In this document: positions 12,180-24,900 of the stretch, piece by piece | How the letters are laid out: the number at the start of each line of letters is the position of its first letter | Position numbering within the stretch: position 1 is the first letter of the stretch | Notes under the pieces: generated by a model | What the model saw: only the letters and a program-made list of their open reading frames with translations | What the model was told of the DNA's origin: nothing | The model's database searches: none | Assembly (NCBI GenBank): GCA_028023455.1 | Contig: JAQFVV010000001.1 | Location: 1,612,001-1,676,000 of the forward strand | Length of the DNA stretch: 64,000 bases | Reading direction: 5' to 3' | Origin: Epiperipatus broadwayi | Taxonomy: Eukaryota > Animalia > Onychophora | Position numbers and translations under genes: made by a program

Positions 12180-14618
12180 ATTATTACATAAAAATTAAAC
12201 AAGATTAGCCAAAATTTAAAAAAACGAAAAAATTCCTTAATGCAACCAATAGTACCAAAGCAGATCTCAAGTGCAAAGGAATACAAAGTACATCAACAAA
12301 TGTATACTAAATACATCCCATTTTAATATTAAAAGAACTCTTAAATATATTTATTATTTCAGCATCATAAATTTTTAATAATAAAGATTATTTAATTCTT
12401 CTTTTCATTTCATTTCTTTCAAAGATGACAACCTTAGCATCCTCAAACATAATATTATGGCTTGTTTCTCTTTCATTGATATAAAATACAGAATTGAAAT
12501 ATTTTTAACTCTAAAAAAAATAAAATAAAGAGTTCTGCTAATTGCTTTAACAAGTTTTATTGATAAATGCCAGCAAAACAAAACATTTAAAAATCTCTAT
12601 CTAGAAATCACCCCCTAACCTCAGACCAATGGTTTCATGCTTTGGCACTCCTCAGTGAGGCACTAGGGTAGTTTCAGACACTAGGTCTAAAAATACTAAG
12701 TCAAAGCCAGCATTTATCTAAAAATTAACTATTAAGTAGAAAATCTGAATTTTTTAAACACCTATACGTCTTCAAACCCAGCTATCTTACTTAAAAAGCT
12801 ATATGGGGTTGAGAGATGTTTAGCCAAACCATATATTAATAGTCTTAGTAATATAACATTGCTTTAGAATTTGAAGCAAAAACTATAAATAGTCAAGAAA
12901 AGTTAATATATGGTTTGGCTGAAGATGTCTCGGTCTCGTCTCATGTAGTTATTTAAATTAAATAGCTGGGTTTGAAGACATATAGATATCTAAAAATTTC
13001 AGATTTTGTACTTAATAGTTAACTTTTAGATAAATGCTGGATTTGGTTTGATATTTTTAGATCTAGTGTCTGAAACTACCCTAACACCTCACTGAGGAGT
13101 GCCAAAACATAAAACCATTGGTCTGAGGTTGGGGAGTGGTTTCTAGATAGAGATTTTTAAATGTTTTGTTTTGCTGGCATTTATCAATAAAGCTTGTTAG
13201 AGCAATTAGCAGAGCTCTTTATTTTTTATTTACAAGCTTAAAAATCAATTTATGTGATATATGACTTTAATTTTTATTTTTAACTCTACATTAATGAATT
13301 TTTATTCTTTCATTTAAGCTTAAACTACTCTATCTAAGTAACATGCCTCTTCTAAGAAATTTCTGTATAACCAAAATATTACTTTTTAAAATTTTATATG
13401 AAGAGACTTTAAATGTTATTAGAAGTATTTTATTTAATAACAAACTTAATAGCATAAATTTGAAACTAGTTTTGGGTATATTGGATAAGACAGAACTGTA
13501 TAGGGATTTATTAAGCACTAACATCTGAATCTATCAATTACTAAAACTTGCAGTAAGTGGAATAGGTATGGTGAAAATAAAAAGTATCCTGCTGAAACAG
13601 CATTGAGTCTGAAGTCATGTGATAGATTCATATGACGTTTTATTGATTTAAAAGTATTTCTGACAACAGAATAGAAGTGCCTATAGTTGTTTAAAAAATA
13701 AAGGCAATATAATGTATAGAAATTGACCTGGTTTTAATTCTATATAACTATACAGGGAAGTTGACATAGATTGAAAACATTCATATGACTTTCAAATTGT
13801 GATGATAGTTTGACAGTGAAACAGAAAGATAAATGATGGTTGGCAGAATAAGGTGTATTAGATACTAAAGATTCAGATACTGATCCAAGCTTCTCATTGA
13901 TGAAAGTAGCTTGGTTTTAAGTATAATTCTGTTAATAATTGTAAAAATTTGAAAGAAACAAAAATATGATTTTATTTCATTGCCTTTTAAAATTACTTCT
14001 TATACAAATTTTAAAAATAATGAAAAATAGTTTGACAATAAAAAATTGATTAACAGAGGAGTACTATTTTGAATAATTTATTCACTAATACAAAGGAAGT
14101 TATTGGTATGAATGTTATTCCTAGAATAATATGCATGTGCTCTTGTTTTTATAAAAATGTTCATTGTTGGATAGTCTCTAATCTAATAAATAACTAATAA
14201 AAATTATTAAGACCGAATAGTTTGAACTTAAATGAAAGAATAAAAGTTAATAAAAGTAGGATTAAAAAATAAATATCTTAATTTTGCATTATACATCCAT
14301 GAAAGAAATACAGTTTCTAATATTATGTTTGAGGAGGCTAAAGTGGTCTTCTTTGAAAGAAATGAAATAAAAAGAATTATAGAATCTTTATTGTTAAAAA
14401 TTTATGATACTGAAACAATTAACTTATTTAAGAGTTATTTTAATATTAAAGGTGTATATTATATAATTTGAATTGTGGGAAATATAATTAGCAAATATTT
14501 GTTGATGTGTTTTGTATTCCTTTCCACTTGAGAAATCTGTTTTATCAGGGAAAACATTGGTTGTTTTATAAAAAAAAAAAACTGTTGTTTAAATTTTGGC
14601 TATACTTGTTTAATTTTG
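12180..14618. repeat. Old inverted repeat pair (12180-12510 / 14265-14618) enclosing a younger foldback
   Basis: For example, ttctttcaaagatgacaaccttagcatcctcaaacataatatta versus taatattatgtttgaggaggctaaagtggtcttctttgaaagaa; visibly diverged. Confidence 0.65.
12515..13232. mobile_element. MITE/foldback element with ~325-bp terminal inverted repeats and a ~60-bp spacer
   Basis: 12515-12840 is the reverse complement of 12902-13232 (e.g. tttggcactcctcagtgagg / cctcactgaggagtgccaaa). Confidence 0.85.
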
Positions 14619-14647
14619 AATTCATGATATATATATTTAAATATATG

Positions 14648-15050
14648 GAAAATTCCATTATATATTTTTAAAAAAAATTATAGTCAGAAAAACCACAGTC
14701 AGATATTAATAAGATGATGATCAATGAAAATAGCAAACTGTTAATGCTTTTTTGCATTCAAAAGGGAATTCTCTTTTTAAATGCTGTCCTTAGTTATCAT
14801 ATAGAGATAAGGCATTATGATATATATCTCTAAAAAACTTGTTAATGATTTCTTTTTTGTTTTCATGTATAAATTTATTGTAATGCTTTATCTCCATATA
14901 AGAATTACAAGCAGTATTTAACAGAGAGAATTCCCTTTTGAATGCAAAAAAAAAACAAACAAAAAAACATTAACAGTTTGTTATTTACATTGGTTACTGT
15001 CTTGTTAATATTTGACTGATTTTTCTAAACAAAATATAATGGAAATTTCC
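14648..15050. repeat. Foldback / MITE-like inverted repeat
   Basis: gcattcaaaagggaattctct pairs with agagaattcccttttgaatgc; aaactgttaatg pairs with cattaacagttt. Confidence 0.75.
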
Positions 15051-15504
15051 ACATTTCAAAATATTTTATCAATTACCTCTGTTAAAAATTATTAAATTAT
15101 ATGTATATAGATTCAGATCAAATTAAACAAATGTTTTATAATTAAGTAATATAAATAAAATACTAAAAACAAAACTTTAAAAAAAATCTGGATTCTGTCA
15201 ATATTCTTTGACTCAAATTATTTTAATATTTATTATTTCATTCATATATCTATTTTGATGATCTTAATGTAGAATTTCTGTAATATATTAGGTATTTTAA
15301 TAAATATTTGGTTATTCAAATTTAAAAACATATTAAAATGAAATAAAACAAATGCCTTGTCTATGGACCTTCTTGTCATTCTTAATAAAGTTTGAATCCA
15401 TAGAATAAAACTTTATGTTCTTCAAAGCTAATGCAACTTTAAATGTATAACACTGGTCAAGTAGCAGAAAAAGTATTTCAGATTTTATTTTAGCAATCAT
15501 GAAA

Positions 15505-15733
15505 GTGATGTGGGATTCGAACTCAGACTTTCACATGACCCACTACTCTCAGTGCCATCTCATATTGCTTACCCACCTGATCACACATATGTTGAAAAGA
15601 TAAATAATCACCAATATATGTATTTCATGCTAAACCATCAGTTGGTCTAGATTACTATTTTCACACATACATATATAATCAATGCTCAGCTTTATATTAA
15701 GATAGCCAATATTCATACTTTAATGGACAGGCT
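15505..15733 (-). mobile_element. Family H copy 4 (minus strand; head-to-head with copy 5)
   Basis: Reverse complement of the family consensus; core at 15611-15645 with a deletion in stem II; gggattcgaactcagactttca at ~15512. Confidence 0.75.
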
Positions 15734-16035
15734 TTTCAATGAAATGGAAGGCTGAAGAGTTGTGAGTTGGAATAGTTTGAAGCCTGTCCATTAAAGTATG
15801 AAGAGAGGCTAAATTAATATAAAGCTGAGCACTGATTATATATGTGTGTGAGAAAAAAAAATCTAGACCAACTGATGATTGCTGGTTTAGCATGAAATAC
15901 ATATATTGGTGATTATTTATCTTTTCAACATGTGTGTGATTAAGTGGGTCAGCAATATGAGATGGCAGTGAGAGTAGTGGGTCGTGTAAAAGCATGAGCT
16001 TAAATCCCGCATATATTACATATATAAATGCAGGT
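15733..16035 (+). mobile_element. Family H copy 5
   Basis: Starts tttcaatgaaatggaaggctgaagagttg, like copy 2 at ~5247. Near-intact HHR at 15868-15909. Ends ...aagcctgtacaatgtattaa. Confidence 0.8.
15868..15909 (+). ncRNA. Type I minimal hammerhead ribozyme motif (near-intact)
   Basis: Stem I CCAA/TTGG; core CTGATGA (15872-15878); stem II TGCT-GGTTT-AGCA with a T/T closing mismatch; GAAA at 15894-15897; short stem III TACATA; predicted cleavage after ATA (15905). Confidence 0.7.
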
Positions 16036-17244
16036 TTAAGCCTGTACAATGTATTAATTCATAAAAGTGATATAGTTTTAAGAATAATTTTAATCCCATG
16101 TATATATTCACTTTTTCAGTTGGATTTTACTTTTTTGGAATTAGATCTATATTAAGAGGAGATATAACACCAACATCACAGATAGTCAAGTGTTTTCAAA
16201 CAAAAACCATTTCTAGTTTCACATGTATAAAGGGCTTGACACCTTAGTTCAAGAAACCCTTTTCCTTTTAATCTACTTCCTTTCATTGCAATTTTGACAA
16301 AAAAATAGCACTTATATAGTTCTCCAGTTAATACACATTTAGTTATTCTTTATTGTGACAGAATATTGATTTATTAAATATTCCTTATTTTACTATATTG
16401 GAGACTTAGCAATACACTAGTTCTAAAATATATTATATTAATATTTAAAAAATATATAACATTCACTTGCTGTTTGTTTTTATTTGTGACAAAAACACAT
16501 GCATATGCTTCTCAGTTTGCTTTAAAGATTTGAATTTGAGCTGTAGTCTGGTATTTATAGGTACAGTTCATTTTCAAGCCACCACCATTCCTTTGTCTTG
16601 ATTTTAAATTTTTTATGTGAATTAAAAGTTAATAGTACTAATTAATGTTTAAATCACTTTGCTCTTATATCTTTTAAACATTTTATCTAATAAAATCTAT
16701 TTCATAAATTTATTATTTCTTTCCATAATTGTCTCTCTTTATTTTTTTCAGCATTGAATTTATTTCTTCTTACTTTTGAGTCATCAAAAAAATAAATACA
16801 ATTTGGAAAAATATTTTCTGCTTGTACTCAAATGTATTAAAATTGTAAACTATAAGAAGTTTATATCTTTAGCATTTCCCTTGCTGTAGCAACTATAGAT
16901 TTAACTACTGAGAATAATCTGGGTTAAATCTTAATATTTTCTTACTTAATCAATCATTTTCTGAAAAAATTATTCTTTTATTTTTCAAACTTTTGCTTAT
17001 TTCTTTATTTTCTATTTATTTTTTTTAAAAATCTCTACCACTAATTAATGTACATTCTTTAAGATAACTAGAATTTCAAGTTTTACTTTTTCCACAATCT
17101 TTTGTCAATATTCTCATGAGATGTTGAATAGTTATTATGTAGCAGCATATATATATATATATTAATTCCAAGGTTTTCACGGATAAAAGATGTCATATTA
17201 TTATTACTATTTGCGGGATATTCCATGTAGTGAAAAAGCTAAAT

Positions 17245-17284
17245 GCTGACGTTTCAGTACAATATCAAGTACCTTCCTCAGAGC
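17245..17284 (-). ncRNA. Minimal type I hammerhead ribozyme, inverted copy
   Basis: Exact reverse complement of 17592-17631. Confidence 0.8.
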
Positions 17285-17591
17285 GTCCTCTTTCTCAAAT
17301 CATAAGAATGCATGTGAGATTTAAAATCGTTTTTATTGTTTTCTTTCTCCTCATATTTAAATTCTATTGGTTGAGAAGTTTTAAAATTTATTTTCTCTTC
17401 CAATAGTTTCTTCCAAATGTTGTTAATCTTCTTTAACTCACACCTTAGATTAACAACATTTGGAAGAAACTATTGGAAGAGAAAATAAATTTTAAAACTT
17501 CTCAACCAATAGAATTTAAATATGAGGAGAAAGAAAACAATAAAAACGATTTTAAATCTCACATGCATTCTTATGATTTGAGAAAGAGGAC

Positions 17592-17631
17592 GCTCTGAGG
17601 AAGGTACTTGATATTGTACTGAAACGTCAGC
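17592..17631 (+). ncRNA. Minimal type I hammerhead ribozyme (PLE-type)
   Basis: GCT-CTGAGGA-A-GGTAC-ttgatatt-GTACT-GAAAC-GTC-AGC: stem I GCT/AGC, conserved core, GUC cleavage triplet, palindromic ACGT stem III. Confidence 0.8.
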
Positions 17632-17925
17632 ATTTAGCTTTTTCACTACACAGAATATCCCACAAATAGTAATAATAATATGACATATATATATAAATTT
17701 CATAGATTACAAGAGTCTCTTTTTTTAAATGCACATTCTAGTGGAGTTTCTACTCACCAGTAAGATTTCTGCTCAAAGCTTTGGTTAGTTTTCAGATTCC
17801 CTTATTGTCTGTCTGCTAGGAAGTATATTAGTATCTTCTACTGAGTCTAAATGAAAAGTCATAATATATATTCCTTTGAAAATCTTTTCTAACATATAAA
17901 AAATACTTTCCATCTCATATAAGTG

Positions 17926-18010
17926 ATTCTTAGATCTCTAATATATATATATATATTGCCCTTATATATAAAATATTCTTAGATCTCTAATATATATATA
18001 TATATTGCCC
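17926..18010 (+). repeat. Short tandem duplication containing (TA)n
   Basis: attcttagatctctaatatatatatatatattgccctt occurs twice. Confidence 0.85.
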
Positions 18011-18529
18011 TTGGTTCAAAATAACTAGTCCCTAAAGAAATAGGTTTTATGATCCTACACCTATGTCTTAAAAGAATCCATATAACTCAGGAATCTCTGA
18101 GTCTCTCTATATATTGGGAATTCTATATGATTAAATAAATTGTATTATTCTCCTTCTATGAAATATATAATCCTTTAAAGCCATATGGCTGCAGAAAGGA
18201 GTTTGCTATTAACTGAAAGGAGACCCTTTGATTCCTTTTGGAGGCCTTAAAGGAATTGAGCAGGGCAAATTCCTAATGTCCACTCCATATGTTCTTGTCA
18301 TTGCAGCTGTTATTGCTATGTGATTATTCATATAGTATACGGATATGGATGGGCAGCTCAACACCATGCCTTAGCCAGCGTGGTGAGTTTATTGGCTTTT
18401 TACCTCTGAATTTCAGATCAAGAAACACCATGGTCTTTTTTCTCAGTTGCCTGATAAGGCAGAATGAAAGTTTGTGTAAATGATAAATATTTTTCCAATA
18501 CATATATACACTTATGAAAAACAAAAATA

Positions 18530-21440
18530 AATCATGGACCTTATTCCCAGGAGGCTGTAAAGTCACCAACCAGAGTCGGATGGTGCTAAGAAACCCCTGA
18601 TTGTGGACCCAAGCTGCCATTTGATGATGACTTTTTATTTAGGTACTTACAACTGCAAATCACTTTCAAGTGAAGGAAGATTGCAAGAATTAGAAGAAAA
18701 ACTGTCTTATATTTAATGGGACATTATTGGACTTTGTGAAGCTAGAAGAAAAGGTGAAGAAACAATTGATTTAAAAAGTGGACATGTACTGTACTATAAA
18801 GGCACAAATATTGGAAATACAAGTGGAGTAGGATTCATTATAAATAAAAAGTGGAAAAACAACATTGTGGAGATTGACGGTGTATCAGATAGAGTGTCAA
18901 GATTAGTTATATAACTTAATAGCAGATACCAAATGCAGATAATTCAGGTTTATGCCCCAACAAATTCTCATAGTGATGAAGTAGTGGAAGATTTTTATAT
19001 GGATGTACAAAAGGCTTTTGATCAGAGTAAACAACATTTTAAATTTTTTATGGGAGACTTTAATGCTAGAATTGGTAAACAAATGAAAGATGAAAGTGCT
19101 GTAGGTAATTTTGGTTATGGTAATAGAAATGAGAGAGGACATAAACTTGTGGAGTTTGCAGAAAAAGAAAAACTTTATATTATGAATTCTTTTTTTGAGA
19201 AAAATGTTAAAAGGAAATGGACATGGAAGCATCCAAATGAAGGTACAGCAGAATTGGATTATATTTTGATTAACAGAAAATACATATTTCAAGATTGTAA
19301 TGTTCTTAATAAATTTAACACAGGAAGTGATCATCGATTAGTAAGATGTAAGATACGTGTTAATGTAAAACTAGAGAGACAAAAATTATTAAGAAAAATA
19401 ATATTTACAGTTGATATTCATAATCTTCAGAAACGTTCTAATGAATTTAAATTAGAACTTACAAATCAGTTTCAAGTATTAGTAGATTTTGAACATGATT
19501 CAGATTTGAATGAAATTAATATGAAAATAACTGATACACTTTTAAAAACTGCAACAAAGATAGCTGGTAGAAAAAAGTAACAATTGACCAATAAAATTTC
19601 TACTGAGACTAGAGAATTTATGAAGAAAAGAAGGAATATGAAGATATACAAAAATGATTCATTAAAAAGGATTGAATATCTTGAATTTTATAAAATGGTA
19701 CAGAAAAACATTGAAAATGATATAAGAAAGTATAACTGTGAACTAGCAAGGATAGTTACAATGTAGAAGAAAATAAAAGTTTCAAGAATGTAAAACAACA
19801 TTTTGGTATTGGTAGGAAATTTATATCTGCAATAAGAAAAAAAGATGGAATTATTACTAAAAAGAGAGATGACATCATGAAATGGGTAGAAGACTTTTAT
19901 CAAGAATTATATAGTAATAAAGAACAAGTTCCTCCTATATATATTATATCTTCTGAATTGCCCAGAATTTTAAATGAAGAAGTGAGACATGCAATTAAAT
20001 GTATGAAGAAAGAAAGGCTCCAGATAATGATGGAATTATAATTGATATATTAAAAGAAGCAGGTGAAGAAATGGAATTTTTTTTTAGCAAGGTTATATTT
20101 GAAATGTCTAAATGATAAAGATGTACTAGATGATTGAAAGAATGCAGCATTAATATTTTAAAAGGTGATAAAGAAGATATTAAATATTACAGACCTACCA
20201 CTCCTTTTATCAGTTTTATACAAAAATTTTACCAAGATAATTACAACTTGTATACAGAGAACATTGGATTTCCACCAACCAAGAGAACAAGCTGGATTTA
20301 AAAGTGGTTTTAGTACAGTAGATTATATCCAGGTATTGAGAGAAGTTATAGAAAGGACAAATGAAATATGAGTCGCCATTGTGCTTTGGATTTGTAGATT
20401 ATGAAAAGGCATTTGATTCTATAAATATTTCTTCAGTGATTAAAGCATTGGTTCATCAAGGTATAGATCCAGGATATTATCATATTTTAAAGAATATTTA
20501 TAAAAATGCAAAGCAACAATTAGATTACATAATGATACTGGGAAAGTCAACATTGAAAAGGATGTAAGACATGGTGACTCCATATCTCTAAAACTTTTTA
20601 CAGCAGCACTGCAAGAAGTATTTTGTGGATTAAAATGGGAAACTAAAGAAGTGAAAGTAAATGGAGATTATTTAAGTCATTTAGATTTTGCAGATAATGT
20701 AGTTGTTTTTGCAAATAATGCTTCAGAGCTGCAGGAAATATTGCAGGAGTTATCAGATAAAAATAGGACTAAAGATAAATGTTAAAAGACTAAAGTAATG
20801 TTTAATCGATTTGCTCAAAATATAAAAATAAAGATTGATTATGATGAATTAGAAGAAGTTAACATTTACAAATACCTTGGTCAGATTATTAATACAGATG
20901 GAAACATAATGGATGAAATTAATCATAGAATTAAACTTGGTTGGAGCGCTTTTGGTAGAAATAACCTGATACTAAAAGGAAATATGTTTATGTGTTTGAA
21001 AAGGAAGGTTTTTAACAAATGTGTATTGCCAGTTCTTACTTGTGGATCTGAGACTTGGACATTTAATAGAAGAGCAATACAGAGACTTCAGACCACTCAA
21101 AGAAGTATGGAGAGATGTATGCTGGGAGTAACAAGAAGAGATCGAAATCACAATGTATGGGTAAGAGAACAAACAGGTGTTACTGACCTCATTGAAAAAT
21201 TAAAAGATTGAAGTGAAGTTGGGCTGAATATATTGCTAGATGACAATAGATGGACAATTGAAGTCTTAAAAGGATTCCAAGAGATTATAAAAGACCCAGA
21301 AAGAGACCACATGTGAGATGGATGGATGAGAAAGTATGCAGGGGTGATGTGGAGAAGAGAAGCTAAAGATCGGAGATGGATTGAACTTGGAGAGACCTTC
21401 ATCCTGCAGTGGAATGATAATGGTTGATGATGATGATGAT
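18530..21440 (+). mobile_element. RTE-clade non-LTR retrotransposon (APE + RT), degenerate, with (GAT)n tail
   Basis: APE: TFYLGTYNC..., WDIIGLCE, IIQVYAPT, FMGDFNARIG, ELDYIL, GSDHRLV. RT: QAGFKSGFST, FVDYEKAFDS, LRFAD(N)V, YKYLGQ, CVLPVLTCGSETW. 3' gatgatgatgatgat at ~21426-21440. The 5' boundary is uncertain and may extend to ~18190. Confidence 0.92.
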
Positions 21441-22616
21441 AAAAGCCACATGGATTTCATTTGATTACAAAAGATTTTCATTGTCCCTTTATCATTTTCT
21501 CTATATATCTTTATTATTGTACTCCAATATCTATATTATAAGGCCATGGTTGATGCTATAATTTTATTTTAATTTTATATCAGTAAATAAGATACACTGT
21601 AAAGATAAACCAATAGCAAGAACTTCCTATTCCAACATATGTTTCTTCTAAGTTACAGAAAACATTTAAATCCAAAATCTGATTTGATCCAAAATCTGAT
21701 TTTATGAATGCCATCTCTTTTGGCTTGTTTGAACTCTTTTATAGTGTAATCTGAAGCATTAAAAAATATCCACCATGATTTAGAAAATTTTAACACTTTG
21801 CTAATAAAATATATTTAATATATACTTGAAAGCCTTTTCAGAGTTGTGTGAACATTGAAATCTGCAGAGTTTTGTCTATTATATTATATAAAGATTTTAT
21901 ATTTGATTCAAATTAATTATAATTTGCCCAGAGTAAAATTAATCATTTTATAAAAAAAGCAGACTTCCTTTACCTTCTTACAATGATTAATTTTTTTAAC
22001 TCTAATATCAATTAATAAACAATTTAATACCATTCACATCATATTTTGTATTCTATAAACTAAATATTAGTTTTAAATAAGTGACCAATGCATGATTTGT
22101 TCTTTTCAATTTATTATATACAATCATTACATCCAAGATATAATCCAAAAAGCTTTCAGTGAATACTAAAATGCAGTCATTTGGCATAAAACTGCAATAT
22201 GAATGAGCAATTTAAGATTTTTCCATGATTTGTTGCAAACAAAAAAATATTTTTTTTTGTATTTTTCAGTATTTTATTTAGCTGCATTTTTCCTATTACA
22301 AATTATTTCCTACTTCTATGATGTAAAAGTATAAGATATTATTCTGCACTTATATCAAAAACATTAAACCATCTAACTATAGGCAATTTCATAATCTTTA
22401 TCTATTTGCACTAAGAATGATCTACTGCCTTAGTGTTCTCTTTGATTTCTTATTTAAATCTATTACCAACTTAATTTTTTAAATTCTTTTATTTTTTTTA
22501 GACAGAACATAAAGCTAATATGAGATCTGCATCAGCTATTTTATATTTTGATTAACCTTCATCCATCAAAAGAGTGAATAGGATCATTCAACTCTTCAAT
22601 ACCAACAACGTATAAA

Positions 22617-22708
22617 TAATGAAATATCAATACATGAAGTCTTACTCATAAAGATTTTCTAATAATGAAATATCAATACATGAAGTCTTACTCATAAGGA
22701 TTTTCTAA
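22617..22708 (+). repeat. 46-bp tandem duplication
   Basis: aataatgaaatatcaatacatgaagtcttactcata(a/g)gattttct occurs twice. Confidence 0.85.
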
Positions 22709-23116
22709 GACTTAGAGGCTGTTAAATACAACACTTGAAAGTTAAGTCTTGTCTTTTTGAGACAGAAGCTGATAAATACCACAAACACTTTGGATCTTTC
22801 CTTGTTTCCTTCTGAGCTTTATAGGTGGGTATATTTTAGCCTGCATTTGACATATACACTCCATGAAGTCACATGACAGCATTATTCAAAGCTATGATCA
22901 AAACCTCCATCCACCCCCAGAAACTGAAATTACAATTAAACAAACAAAATTTTTCTAATCTCTGCAGAACCAATATAATTATTGTTTTTTTTCCACTCAT
23001 GACTCAGTATGTTATGTATACTTTCATAATTGCAATCATTTTAATATCTTTTTATCATTATTAACTTTTAAATTATCAATTATTTTCTGGATTAGGTTTT
23101 TTTTTTCATGTGTCAA

Positions 23117-23188
23117 AGCGTTGACCGGGCAGCGAACCTGGGCCAGCTGCTTGGAAGGTGGCTATGCTAACCACAAGGCCACCAACGC
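23117..23188 (-). pseudogene. tRNA-Gly(TCC) pseudogene / tRNA-derived copy
   Basis: Minus strand GCGTTGGTGGCCTTGTGGTTAGCATAGCCACCTTCCAAGCAGCTGGCCCAGGTTCGCTGCCCGGTCAACGCT resembles metazoan tRNA-Gly(TCC), with substitutions in the A box, anticodon stem and T-loop. Confidence 0.8.
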
Positions 23189-23649
23189 TCGACTTTTCTG
23201 GCTTAGTTTTGTTTAAATTTTGATTTTAACTAGTCACTTTCAGATGTTGGCCATATATTTATAATTTATTTTCTCATAAAAAGCATTTATCATTGCAACA
23301 AATTTTAGATCATCAAAAGAAAAAATCATCATAATTTATCCTTCTTATATGGGTCAATTTTTGCACCAGTGCTAATACTTTTTCAGCAGTGACAATGTTC
23401 TCATTTATGTTGATTTGAGATATATTTTGCTATCTTTATGGTTCACTTCTAATTTCTTCACAATAGATTGGATTTCTCCATACACATTGTCTAGATCCAC
23501 ACATATCCCATTCTATTCCAGTGTTGGTACTTGGATATAATTCCAAAGTGATTTGTTAGAAATGCTAGATTGCTTTGGGATTGGATAACTTGTTTTGTGT
23601 TGATATTACCAGTGCTCTTTTTTACTTCTGTTTATAAATCTGAATCTTT

Positions 23650-24900
23650 GATAACTGTTTCACTCCTAAATTTGTTGCCTACCTGATGTGGTAAGCTTGT
23701 TTTCCTTACTACATGTTCCTTCCTGGTTGTGGAAGCTCATGTTGATGACATTTAAAAACTCCACCACCTGTTTTATGCTTATTATCATTTGTTCCTTGTA
23801 AAATGCAAATTGTAACAAATAATTCTAATGACTTGACTTTCTGCCATGCACTATGCAGAGAGTATTCATAATTTTTCCACCCACCTCTGAAAAAATTGGG
23901 TATAATTTTCTTCACTTCTGATGTGAAATCTTTCTTGCATAATTTGATACATTATTTCTTCTGGCATTCATCTGACCAAAAGTTATTTTAAAATTGACTC
24001 TCTCCATTTAGACTAGGCTAAAAGCTTTGGTATCAAGGAATTCCACTATTCCTTGCAAATCCTTGAAGATTATATGCAACAGCTACTTGTTATGTTTTCA
24101 TTAATTGATTTAAGTGAAAATAATTCTCAAAGCTATCAAAGTGTTCCATGTGAATTTTACCTGCATCATCTCTGAAAACATGAATTTTGAGCAATTAATT
24201 CTAAGTATCTTTTAATTTTCATTTTTTCTTGTTTCTGCTCTATTATTCTCATAGCTTTCATTAGGTTTAGTCTTTTTTATATTCTCACTTCTTCCATCTC
24301 CCTTAGATTCTTTTGTCCATTCTGCCAACCAGTTCATCTTTTCTTTCATCTTAGCATAATCAGATTTTATTTTATTCATGGATACTCAAAACTTTTTTCT
24401 TTTTACTTTCTTGCATCTTCTTTTTCTTGAGTCTTCACAATTTTCATTGAGTCTTTCTGTTTTTCTTCAAATAATGGATTCTAAATTTGATCATCATCCT
24501 TTTTTTCTTAATTTCCTCTTTCATTTGAAATTTTTCAATCTTTTCTATAACACCTTTTTTCTTGTATTTTTTATCACTAGACTCAAGTTTTGGATGATTT
24601 CCTTCAAATCAGTTAGTAATTTTCTTTCTACAAACTCCATTTTTTATTGCACGTGCTCTTATATTTGAAGTTCTATTTTCATCTTCATACTGCTTATAAT
24701 CTTTCACTGCCTCAAACTTTTCTTTCATTTTTTGATACATTTATTTAAATTCTTCTTCCCTCTTTAAATTCTCTATCTCTTCTCTGTTGAATTTTATTTT
24801 TTTGTTATATATTTTTCAATATTCTAATATTAAATGTGATTGGTATCTCTTCTATAGGCTTTTGCACTATCTGAACTGATTGTTTTTTTAGTTTTGACAT
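23650..24900 (-). mobile_element. Probable degenerate Gypsy-type gag (coiled-coil region plus capsid-like segment)
   Basis: Minus-strand K/E-rich segment followed by FRDDAGKIHMEHFDSFENYFHL...VAVAYNLQGFA... and EIMYQIMQERF...YTQFF, reminiscent of retrotransposon capsid. Many stops; recognition is by eye only. Confidence 0.35.

Larger units (their letters stand above)
17190..17686. mobile_element. Near-perfect hairpin made of two head-to-head PLE 3' termini
   Basis: 17190-17429 is the reverse complement of 17447-17686 (about 3 mismatches seen, 17-nt loop). The plus arm encodes INNIWKKLLEEK...HSYDLRKRTL* (a PLE-type C-terminus), then an HHR. (TA)n lies near both ends. Confidence 0.8.

Noticed and set aside
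18190-18620. Possible HDV-like ribozyme in the RTE 5' region
   Set aside because: RTE elements often have one, but I could not fold a nested double pseudoknot here; this needs a descriptor search.
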